Translations under genes and position numbers: made by a program | Notes under the pieces: generated by a model | What the model was told of the DNA's origin: nothing | Databases searched by the model: none | Seen by the model: the letters and a program-made list of their open reading frames with translations, nothing else | NCBI GenBank assembly: GCA_965644295.1 | Contig: CBFFRP010000039.1 | Span: 78,915-142,914, forward strand | DNA length: 64,000 bases | Reading direction: 5' to 3' | From: Paraphysomonas bandaiensis | Lineage: Eukaryota > Protista > Chrysophyceae | In this document: positions 1-10,623 of the stretch, piece after piece | Layout: the number at the start of each line of letters is the position of its first letter | Numbering within the stretch: position 1 is the first letter of the stretch

Positions 1-7
1 AGGTAAT

Positions 8-2608
8 GTGAGTTACTTTGGAGGGAAAGCAAAGACCGTTGCACATATCAACTCAAGAAGAAGCAGCTTAGATACTCTTAAGACCAGTAGCAGCTCACTG
101 GATGCCCGGAATGATATGAATATCTATGTAAGTGGGTACAGCGGGTCGGATGGGTGTTTCAGTCATGCCAATCCACTTCTATTGAGTGAAAACGAACGAT
201 TGGTGCTTGGGTGTATTTTGACATCTGATCAAGGAGGACCTGAGATGGATGATAACTCGGATGATAATATACAAAGCGAGCCTTCGTCCCATCGTTCTTC
301 ACGGCGATCTACCCTACCCCGTATGACATGTGCCACCAGGAACTCTTTTGCTGGAGATGTCATGCTCACTATGAAGTTGAAAGAAATACCTTTTTCAAGA
401 ATCCATTGGGGACGACCTATTCGTGCTTCTGATCCAACACCTACATGTTCTGACCCCATATATATCCCACCCTCTGTTTCGGAGAATATATCTGACGAGA
501 GACTCCGTAAGAAACTGGCCACCATACCGCCTGCTCGTATACATTGGGGTCGCTCTTTGTCTCCCGCTGAGACGGTACCTAGAACAAATCCCTCTGCCCT
601 CCCCGATGATAAAAGTTCCCTAGAGTCTTCACCGCACACAATTATAAAACTGTCACAAAAGTCAGTATATTCCCGCAAACATCGACCACTACCTGGACGC
701 ATATATTCTACTCATACAGACAACAGTGCATTTGTGTTTGTGAAACCCCATGCTAACGTTTCCCCAGCGTGTCGAGTACTTGTTCGTTATGTGTTAGCGT
801 CCCATGGTGTACATGTTATTGAAGAGGGTGAAATATCTGCTGAGAGCATAGACAAAGAAAAGCTCATTGACCAGCACTACTATGCAATAGGATCGAAAGC
901 AGTGATGCTGAAGCCTAGTGAGTTAGATGTTCCTGCGGACAAGTTTGAGTCTGTATTCGGGTTGTCTTGGCAAAGTGTACTGGATCAGGGCCTCGCATAC
1001 AATGCCATGGATGCATGCACCACATTGGGCCTGAACTCATCTGAACTTGATGCGGCTTGGTCTAAAGCTAAAGACAACCGAAAATTGGTTAAGCTTGGGG
1101 GTGGATTCTACTGCGGCCTAATTGACACTGTTCCGGGAAAGCCTGCTATATATGTGATTAATGGCTTTTACATGTCAATGCGATCAAAATTTGTTAAACC
1201 TGGCTCATCAATCTACTATTTCAATGTGGAGTGGAACTCATCAGAATTATCTTTCAGTGATTTTCGTAACAAGGTTTTGGGCTGTACTGACCCAACACTT
1301 GCTCCTTCTACCTCTATCCGTGGTATGATTCTGTCGGACTGGCGATCTCTGGGGCTACGCAGCGTACCTAACACTGGAGATAATGGTGTACATGCGAGTG
1401 CGTCTCCATTCGAGGCTCTTGCGGAACGCATGAACTGGCTTGGAATTTCAGCGAAAGATGATTCCTTTGGCCGTAAGCTTCTCGATGTAGGGATACCAGA
1501 GGGTGTGATACAAGCGTGGAGCGTGGATCCACTTGTCAAAGGGAAATCTCTCTTTGACTCTCTGGAAGAGCTCAACAGCAGTGACTGTGTGGCTAAATCA
1601 ATGGTTTTGAGTAACTATATTTCCCTTCCACCGACTACGACTAGCCCTTCTTCGAGTGAGCGTGCTGGGTCATTCAGAAGAAGCATACGACAACATATTC
1701 CATCTAAAGATAACAGTGCATTTGTGTTTGTGAAACCCCATGCTAACGTTTCCCCAGCGTGTCGAGTACTTGTTCGTTATGTGTTAGCGTCCCATGGTGT
1801 ACATGTTATTGAAGAGGGTGAAATATCTGCTGAGAGCATAGACAAAGAAAAGCTCATTGACCAGCACTACTATGCAATAGGATCGAAAGCAGTGATGCTG
1901 AAGCCTAGTGAGTTAGATGTTCCTGCGGACAAGTTTGAGTCTGTATTCGGGTTGTCTTGGCAAAGTGTACTGGATCAGGGCATCGCATACAATGCCATGG
2001 ATGCATGCACCACATTGGGCCTGAACTCATCTGAACTTGATGCGGCTTGGTCTAAAGCTAAAGACAACCGAAAATTGGTTAAGCTTGGGGGTGGATTCTA
2101 CTGCGGCCTAATTGACACTGTTCCGGGAAAGCCTGCTATATATGTGATTAATGGCTTTTACATGTCAATGCGATCAAAATTTGTTAAACCTGGCTCATCA
2201 ATCTACTATTTCAATGTGGAGTGGAACTCATCAGAATTATCTTTCAGTGATTTTCGTAACAAGGTTTTGGGCTGTACTGACCCAACACTTGCTCCTTCTA
2301 CCTCTATCCGTGGTATGATTCTGTCGGACTGGCGATCTCTGGGGCTACGCAGCGTACCTAACACTGGAGATAATGGTGTACATGCGAGTGCGTCTCCATT
2401 CGAGGCTCTTGCGGAACGCATGAACTGGCTTGGAATTTCAGCGAAAGATGATTCCTTTGGCCGTAAGCTTCTCGATGTAGGGATACCAGAGGGTGTGATA
2501 CAAGCGTGGAGCGTGGATCCACTTGTCAAAGGGAAATCTCTCTTTGACTCTCTGGAAGAGCTCAACAGCAGTGACTGTGTGGCTAAATCAATGGTTTTGA
2601 ATAATTAG
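8..2608 (+). CDS. Protein with two tandem NDK-like (nucleoside diphosphate kinase fold) domains after a low-complexity N-terminus; true start uncertain
   Basis: 866-aa ORF. Each domain has NSAFVFVKPHA...SIRG...DNGVHASAS, with the NDK phospho-His motif retained. First in-frame ATG is at 116, so the gene may start upstream of the window. Confidence 0.75.
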   Translation: MSYFGGKAKTVAHINSRRSSLDTLKTSSSSLDARNDMNIYVSGYSGSDGCFSHANPLLLSENERLVLGCILTSDQGGPEMDDNSDDNIQSEPSSHRSSRRSTLPRMTCATRNSFAGDVMLTMKLKEIPFSRIHWGRPIRASDPTPTCSDPIYIPPSVSENISDERLRKKLATIPPARIHWGRSLSPAETVPRTNPSALPDDKSSLESSPHTIIKLSQKSVYSRKHRPLPGRIYSTHTDNSAFVFVKPHANVSPACRVLVRYVLASHGVHVIEEGEISAESIDKEKLIDQHYYAIGSKAVMLKPSELDVPADKFESVFGLSWQSVLDQGLAYNAMDACTTLGLNSSELDAAWSKAKDNRKLVKLGGGFYCGLIDTVPGKPAIYVINGFYMSMRSKFVKPGSSIYYFNVEWNSSELSFSDFRNKVLGCTDPTLAPSTSIRGMILSDWRSLGLRSVPNTGDNGVHASASPFEALAERMNWLGISAKDDSFGRKLLDVGIPEGVIQAWSVDPLVKGKSLFDSLEELNSSDCVAKSMVLSNYISLPPTTTSPSSSERAGSFRRSIRQHIPSKDNSAFVFVKPHANVSPACRVLVRYVLASHGVHVIEEGEISAESIDKEKLIDQHYYAIGSKAVMLKPSELDVPADKFESVFGLSWQSVLDQGIAYNAMDACTTLGLNSSELDAAWSKAKDNRKLVKLGGGFYCGLIDTVPGKPAIYVINGFYMSMRSKFVKPGSSIYYFNVEWNSSELSFSDFRNKVLGCTDPTLAPSTSIRGMILSDWRSLGLRSVPNTGDNGVHASASPFEALAERMNWLGISAKDDSFGRKLLDVGIPEGVIQAWSVDPLVKGKSLFDSLEELNSSDCVAKSMVLNN
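722..2600 (+). repeat. Near-identical 889-bp intragenic direct duplication (722-1610 / 1712-2600)
   Basis: Copies are offset by 990 bp. Only one difference was seen: c992 vs a1982 (GLAY vs GIAY). Confidence 0.95.
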
Positions 2609-3019
2609 GTTGTGGTGTATTTTTTTGTGTATTTAAAGGCTACATTAGTAGAGATACTTGTAGAAATGAAGTGATTATCGACACATGCGTCAGACATCAG
2701 ATAGCAATTGGTGGAGTTATCGTGATAAACGTTCATTGATCCCTTCAATCTCAACGAAATCGAATATTTGTTATCAACGCTGTATACCTCGAGCTAGAAT
2801 ACTTATCACTGGTCAAACTTTTGAAAGGTTAGTTAAGATAACGTCAGCATCGCAGCTAAATGTAGTAACTAGTACTCAGATGCAAGAATTTCTTGTTTGG
2901 TATTGTAAATGAAGCATTTACCAAAACTAGTTTTGTGTTAGTGGGTATTTTCATACAGGAAAAAGAGCAATACGTTGGGTAATCTTGCCAGTTCATATCG
3001 TTTCCGTGCCACAAAAGAT

Positions 3020-3485
3020 ATTGAAAGTCATATTACTAGCAATAGGCGTTAAAAAACTGCACAAACTTAGTAGTTAGACCTCTCCTGTAACTTATCAGTA
3101 CACACTTTTTTTATCCTACTATTTAACGCTACGGAAGCTGTTGTGCGTCGCCGCAAGCACCAAGGTGCGACCACATCCGCTCTGAGTTCTTAAGGTGAAT
3201 ATCCCGGATGCTTGACTTCAGCAGGTACCCTTCAGGTGGGCCCTGTCCCGGATGCCCTTGAGGTGGACCCATTCCCGGATGACTGTTTATTCGTCAGGGC
3301 CCAAAGACGTCTACACAAGTGACACTTATTGGTGTCTCTTGTTCCACACAAGCATTAGGCTATGAGTGGGCAGAAGAATATATGCTGACTATGTTTGCGG
3401 CTCACGTTAGTTTCCCAGAGAGAATCTCTCCGGTACTTATCCCCCAGAACACCACGAAAAGGTGCGAGTCCGACTTTGTTGAGGA
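3020..3485 (-). mobile_element. Ribozyme-headed SINE-like retroposon, copy A (short subfamily)
   Basis: Matches the other copies end to end. Flanked by a 13-bp TSD: tgccacaaaagat (3007-3019) / tgccacaaaaaat (3486-3498). Confidence 0.85.
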
Positions 3486-3933
3486 TGCCACAAAAAATGT
3501 ATGTCTTCTTGTAGTTTGTAGTAGCTTATGACGAGTGGCGAACGGATACTGATTATCTATAAAACTGATAAAAATAAAGCAGGGCCATTAATGGTACATT
3601 ATCTAATAGTGCCATCATAATTGCCGGGAACTGGACTACCATTAATGGTTACATGGTTACTAGCCCCTGAAATTAATCAAGTATTGAGGTTATTGTTTAT
3701 TTGTAATCAGATATTTCTTTTTAGAAGTATAATGAAGTGAGATTGTGGGGTAAAAGGGCGCTGAAAGTGGCTGAAGACAAGGTGTGTGTGAGTCACTTGG
3801 TAAATGATAGGTGGCGATCTTTGTATACCGAACAGTCTATCTGTTTTACGCTGTTCAGTCATATCACTCATCTAATCATGCTTATTAAATCAAAGTAGCA
3901 AGTTGAAACAATATTGTACACATGAATTGCAGT

Positions 3934-5492
3934 TTAGAGAGTATTAGATTCATTTTCTGTGTCAACAGGAGATACTCTAGCTGCCATGTGCTGTCCAAAC
4001 CCGCCAAAGACGTCAAACACTTTCCTGTTGCCCCCAATCGTCACAAGAGTACTGTCATTTTCTTTCTTTGCATAGAACTTCCAAATGGGAGGATTGGGAT
4101 TTGTCTTTCCTCTAAGGTGACTGGAATAAGGTCCATATGTGTGTAGCCTTCCACTTTCAGTCAACCAAGCGGTGGTAGTTCCTCCTTTGGAAGAATCACC
4201 TGCCATAAGCACTTTCACGGGTTTATCGTCAGTCTCCTCAACTGGTACTTCCATTGGCTCATGCATGATCTGTTTTAAACAAAGCCCAAAGTAATTAACA
4301 GTATAAATTACGAGTTCATACACAGCATACACTCACCTTATGACCCCAGTGGAATATCTTTCCGTCGTCCGTCAAGGCTGCAGATGTTCCTTTACCAGCC
4401 GACACCCTCACAACACGTTTTCCGTCAAGTTTGCTGCTTTCCAACAGTCGTGGCATATCTTCCATGCTGTACATGTCAATAAAGGAGTCCCCAAGGCCGA
4501 GCTGGCCTTGATCGTTTCTTCCCCAACAGAAAATACGTCCGCTTTCCGTGAGTCCGATTGAGTGGTTGTACCCAGCGCTCACTTGCACCACCTTCTCTCC
4601 TTCGAATGAGTCCTGGATAAGCTGAGGAGTAAGAGCATCTTGATCATTCCAATTCGCCCCTGTTCCCAGTCTACCGTATTCAATGGCTCCACAGCTCCAC
4701 ACTTCGCCTTTCTCCTGAGTAGCATTGTCACATGTCGGACGCAGATAATCGGCAACCCACCTTGTTGAAAAAAAGAGTATGCAGCGCGCCACAAGACACA
4801 GCATCAACTTTCACTGACGCCTCGTGAAGGGCACTTACTAGGCTGGGTTGAAAAATGTAAGCTAGACTTTAGATTTGACTGAGTCTACTGACCTTGGCGA
4901 ATCAATGAATTCATACCCATTGTCAATCCCTAAATGACCACCCCCACCCATACGTGTTCCATTATGCCCCCAAGTGTACACTTTGCCCTCAGAATCAATG
5001 ACGGCACAATGGGACTTCCCAGCCGCAACATCTACTACTTCAAAATCTGTGTGGATCAGCCTTGGAGTCATAAGCTCCTCTTTAGGGATATTTCCAGGAT
5101 ATTTGGTGCCCCATGCAAGAAGTTTCTTGTCATTTGTAGCAGCTATTGTATATCCCACCCCACATGCAATCTTTTTAATACTTGAACTATTAACTAATCG
5201 TCTTGGAGTATCTTGAATATACACATCATCACCAAAGAATGTTGCTTCCTGCATGTCTCATATGACTACCAGCTAACAGGTATGTATAGTCTATCTCACC
5301 TTATCAAACCGTTCATGTCCCAACTGACCGAGTGATCCAAGCCCCCAGTTATAAACAACACCTGTTAATTACGGTATGAATATATATGAGGATATGACTG
5401 GGGTCTATACTCTTAGTGCTCATATGCATACAGGCGCTCTTATTACAGGCTACCATCACACGGCTCATGCTCCTCGTTGATCGCGAAAACAT
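3934..5492 (-). CDS. RCC1-repeat beta-propeller protein, multi-exon, with a possible mitochondrial presequence
   Basis: RCC1 motifs VYNWGLGSLGQLG, VAAGKSHC...VYTWG, VSAGYNHS...CWGRNDQGQLG. Exons are joined by short GT-AG introns. N-terminus MFSRSTRSMSRVMVAC is R/S-rich and lacks acidic residues. Confidence 0.85.
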
Positions 5493-6076
5493 TGTTACTT
5501 ATTCCTTGTAATGTTTTGATATATTTGGTGGTTAGTTCTGCTGTGCTGAGTGAGTTGGTTATATGAGTGTGTGGAGACTGTCTGTATGTCTCATATACGT
5601 GTACTGTATGCGTGTATATGTGTATATGTGTACAGTGTATGGAGAGGTTAAGGCTTCTATGTGCATCCACAGCCCACACAACATGGACACTGTACCGTAT
5701 ACTGCTGTATACCCTATACGGCTCCAGATGTGGGTGTTCCCATAGGAATTCCTATACAGCAACATACTGTATGTGTTGTACAATCTATTCCCTATAAAAA
5801 CTCAATATATCGAAATATCCTGAATTTCATGTTAAAATCATGTATTTCGTCAGACGAATTGGGAGTATTTTCTGGGGTTTTATGGTTATTGTTGTTTGTA
5901 TAAAGTGGAGCGATATGTTAAATATTCCCCACTGAGAGTCGAGGTGATGTACTTGTATATATAGATGTACAAGTTAGCAAGTTTGTCATACAATTCCAAT
6001 TAATCGTTACATGGTAGCTATGTCTGATACCCCCCGTCCCCTTACACTCCTATGGTTCAACTCCCACTAAGAGGAG

Positions 6077-8021
6077 ATGTGGAAGGGTCTCATTGCATTG
6101 TTGTTGTTTTATTCAGGCTCTGCTCTGCTATTGAACGATACGTTCGACTCTCTGGACAACTGGCGTTTAGATCTACAGGGAAACACCGCATATGTTGATA
6201 TTGACAGTGGTAATCTAATCACCACTGTGAGTTTTTGTGGCACATCGTGTTATCGTGCAGAAGTGTCCACAGCAATAGCCCTCAGATCATCAGTGCTGTC
6301 CAACACAGGCGAGTACTGGCTTGGATTCAGCAATCGCATTCCATCATCGTGGCGATGGCTTGGTGATACTTCTCAAAATAAGTATGGAGATGTGACGTAC
6401 ATATTTCAAATTCATGGAGGTGATAATCTTGGACGATCACCTATCTTGGGTATCCGAAATCTCGGAAAGTCCTTCTCAATCAATATATGTGGTAATTCGG
6501 CCTATAACTCCCCAGAGGAAAGTTGCGTATATGACACTCTTGGTGACGTGACTATTGGTGATTGGATTTCTTGGGTAGTTCATGTAAAATTGTCCAGTGT
6601 TCCTGAAGAAGGTTTTGTGTCGGTGTGGCGGGATCAAAAACTCGTTCTCCAGCGGACTGGTTTACTGACTTCATATGATGATATAAAACCACATTACATT
6701 AAGCTTGGATCCTATCAGATCAACTGGAAGCGTGGTGAGACTACCCAGACCCAGTGGGTGGGCGTTGATTACGCTGAGGTACGCGTTGGAAACGAAACCT
6801 CAGGTTATGATGAGGTCAACACTGGAACGGCCAATGTGACAGAGAATACAAAGAGCTCTGGTAAAGGAATATCTGTTTTGCTGCTTGCTGTAGTAGTAAG
6901 CGGAGCTGTGATTTTGTCGTCTATGTGCTGCACTGTCATGTGCGGTAAAAAAGATTCTCATGTCTACCGACCTACCACATCATCAGTAAGAAGCAGTTCA
7001 AGTAACCGTAGCGCTGTCACCTCTACCTCGAGAGGTCAGATGGAGTTCGGACAAGTCTACAGCGCAGACCTATCGACACAGAGTATCACTGAACTCAATA
7101 CTTGGCGCAATTCATTAAGGACATCGGCAACGAATTTAAAGAATATTGATTCTGATCAATCTAATTCCCACTCCCTCCCACGCCCACACTCAAGCGGAAG
7201 TGGCCCTGCTAATAAAAACACAAGAAGTCACAGTGGAAGTCGTCCAGGACATCAGCCTGAAACACGTGCTAGAGGAGGTACTTTTACTGACCGTCGTCCA
7301 GGGCATCAGCCTGAAACACGTGCTAGAGGAGGTACTTCTACTGGCAGTCGTGCATGGCATCAACCTGAAGTACAAGCTCGAGGTGGGTCGTCTACTGGCA
7401 GTCGTCCAGGACATCAACCTGAAGTGCGAGCTCGAGGTGGTTCTTCTACTGTACAAGGATGGGAGAGACCGGCTTCACAGTCCCACCCACGATGTACTTC
7501 TAGTGGGCGAGGAAGTACAGACACACATACAGTGAACCGGGTATCTAGGGATAGTGGTAGTGTGTCCGCAAAGTCTGGTAAGTATTCATTGTTATGACAT
7601 GTGATCAGTTATAGTGACTGCTGGTGATATGTATGCAGAGCGGTCTCCATTGTGCGAAGAGGCGGCAACTGCCCGTATTCGACCATGTGGGACTCGAGCC
7701 AGTAGCAAAGATCCCTCTAGAAAGCGGCATGTTGTGTACGAGCTGTCGTTGTTGAAGGACAGTGAGAAGGCTGCAGTACATAGCCAATCGACAGATATTC
7801 TGTTAGACCAAATAAGAGTAAGCAGTGACGACTGGCTTAAGAGAAGAGGGTTCATGGTCCGATTTCGTACTGATCGACCTCCTAGACGACGCCGAGACAT
7901 CAGTAGACGTGCTCGTGGTCAGAAGCGATATAATTATGAAGCTCGCCAGGATATGGATGGAGTGTCGATTACAGCTTTAGAACTCCCCCACTCTCGGTTA
8001 CTAGGTCTATCTCGAGAGTAA
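6077..8021 (+). CDS. Type I membrane protein: signal peptide, polysaccharide-lyase-like beta-jelly-roll ectodomain, TM helix and disordered repeat tail
   Basis: Signal peptide MWKGLIALLLFYSGSA; motifs RAEV, EYWLGFS, IFQIHG, YIKLGSY; TM segment ISVLLLAVVVSGAVILSSM. A 37-nt intron (7578-7614) joins the ORF in frame to the 7614-8021 ORF. Confidence 0.7.
7238..7453 (+). repeat. 54-bp coding tandem repeat x4 (RPGHQPExRARGGxSTGS)
   Basis: Four 18-aa units visible in both DNA and protein. Confidence 0.9.
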
Positions 8022-10623
8022 TAAGTTGTGTATATGTATTATTTTATACGTTTTTCACCAGTTTGTCTAAATTTTATAATGGTGAACTTTTGTTTCCGTG
8101 ATTGACGATCATGTGACAGCTTTTATAGAAAATCATTTCGTAGCCGTTGCATATATACGTATGTCCTATCTTGCGACATTGAATGAGTGTGTTAAGAATA
8201 ACCCTGGACAAGAAATGCCTTTGTAGTGACAAGTCACAGGAGCCCTTAAGAGTGGAGTTTGCAGGGTGTATTGTAAGCTTCGTAGCCTGTGCATTACAAG
8301 ATGGAAAAATTACAATATTGAGAGCAGCAGAATTTGATGATATAGAAGAGAGTTATCGAAGCTCTGGGCTTCCCGCGTGTGAAGAACGATATTGTGATGC
8401 ATCCTAAGGCCAGGGATCTGAAGGCAAATATATTCCCTACGCTACAGGCTACAGTCCACCTAAGCACGCAACTACTACAATGCTGTAATGTATGTATGCT
8501 CGTAGAGTTGTTAGTTATGATATAACGCTTGACACCACCGGTTGAATGCTTCTTAATAATATACTGCTTATCTCACTTTAATATTCAAATCTGTACCATG
8601 TATAGGCTACTAATTACAAAGAATACGACAGGTCCGTTTCACGACATGTGGTACAATAACTTCTAACAAAACTATGTTGCGATACTCACATCGAGTTGTT
8701 CCCTACTAAACGCTATAAATGTTAGAAATTGACATTTCCAGTAATAAGACCTTGATAAGCACTTATATAGAATATTATATAATTATAAGAGATACCATAC
8801 TTCATTCATTGACGTTCACCAACTCTTTTTATCTCTACTACACCAACCATTTCTAGTACGATCTTACATCGTCACTATCTTGTACAGTCAGTATATTTCA
8901 GTTTCATCACTACAATGGCTATCATATTATTGGCTCTCATAATACAGTTAGCTACTACTGTATTCTTTGAGTAACGGATATAGTTCAAATATCTTAGAAG
9001 CTACAGCTTTTAATTGCTCACAAACAGCAAAACTCAACAATAAACAAACTAGACTACCTGCCGAGTTTCAACCCTTCGAGTGAAAAGAATAACGCAAAAA
9101 TATTATAGGTAGACAGTATTACGAAAATAAAGCGTCGCCTACTAACTAGCAAGTTTTAAATTATCGGACAGTAAAGTATGAAACCTACAAAACATCCAGC
9201 GACTATTCTGCAGTGAGTTCATGAAATCTTCCTCGCCTTAATTGCAGACGGTTTCTGATCTAACAATCTTTTCTTGTTGTTGTTCAGAGAATTTGTCTCA
9301 AGAGACTTATTATTCTCTGTCCTTGAAGATAATCCTGATATGGGAGGATCGGAAACACACGGGTTTGATGGTAAGGCTTCGTGGTAAGATGAAACATATG
9401 CTTCCTCCGGACGATTGGGTGTCCGTCGCATTTGGGATTTCTGCAGCAAATATAATAGAGAGGGTTGTCATTAGCTCCGAACTCACCGCAGATTTACGTC
9501 GAGTACTGATGGAGGCTTCAAAAGGCAAGATTGTAGACGCTACTAATCGTGCCCTATGCCGCCTCCAGCATCTTTGAACAGCAGCTTACATAGCTGTCAG
9601 TATAAGACTATGAGCTCAACCTGTTTACCGTTATAGTCTTTGATCTGCCGTTTCGTATATCGCGACACATTATCTTTGAAGCCCGGTGGTAGATATTCTA
9701 ACCTCTTTAAGGTTCTCACTATTCGTTGTTTAGTGCCACTCACTCCTAAGCTGTTCACTGTATTGGGGAGCCTGTTGATTATCACTATAAATGCTGGTCC
9801 ATCTTCTTCTCCATATCCTCGAACAGTATTCACGAAGTCTCTGACTTCCTCTGGTATGGTTGTGTCTATTACTGATGCCTTCATTGATGTTTGTTTCATC
9901 TAATAGCAACATGAGAGTGAATGGAATGGCCTCCTCTGGCTCTCCATATCATACACACATACATGCACATGGATGGTATCTACATACATATATATGAATT
10001 GGCGTATCCATATTCTGAATTCTTCCTCACTTCAACTTCCTTCCCAGCCCATCATGATGGTGCACCACTGCACTGCACTGCTGTATGCGGTGTACGAGTA
10101 TATTCAGTATTCTATGTATACTGTGGTATACCATATGCATCAGTCGCAGAGAAAAAACACGGTACTCGGTCGGATGCTACGGATCAATAAACGGACGGAA
10201 TACCCCCGTTGCCTTTTCACACAGTCTACACTACAGGTAGTCAAAAGCAAGGTTCTCTTCGCAGTTACTACAGAACTCGTTAGTAAGAGAAAATTATGTC
10301 TCTAGTCTACAGCCGTACACTACACACTGCATAACATAACACCATACACCTCTATGTGCCCTATGCATATCTTATACAGTCACTTCAAGTACTAAACTGA
10401 AAAGAACATCCTCTTATTTCTCTACGTCAGTGGCAGAGTATAGAACCGTATGGGGATACTGGTGTATGTATATGTGTGTGTACTCCGTATGTTTGTATAT
10501 GTATATACGTACGTCGTCGTGAAGGTACTTAGCCATATATACATGCATATATCCACCTCTCTCTGCATATACACATACACACCATATCTCTGCATCCCTT
10601 CACTCACCATGACCATATAACCC

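Noticed and set aside
1216-2565. Duplicated 119-aa antisense ORFs and the many other short shadow ORFs over real genes
   Set aside because: By-products of the coding strand with no independent motifs
3461-3471. GGTGCGAGTCC resembling a Pol III B box (tRNA-derived SINE)
   Set aside because: It is on the antisense strand relative to the inferred 5' end, has no A box or T-arm pairing, and is explained as the P2/P3 complement
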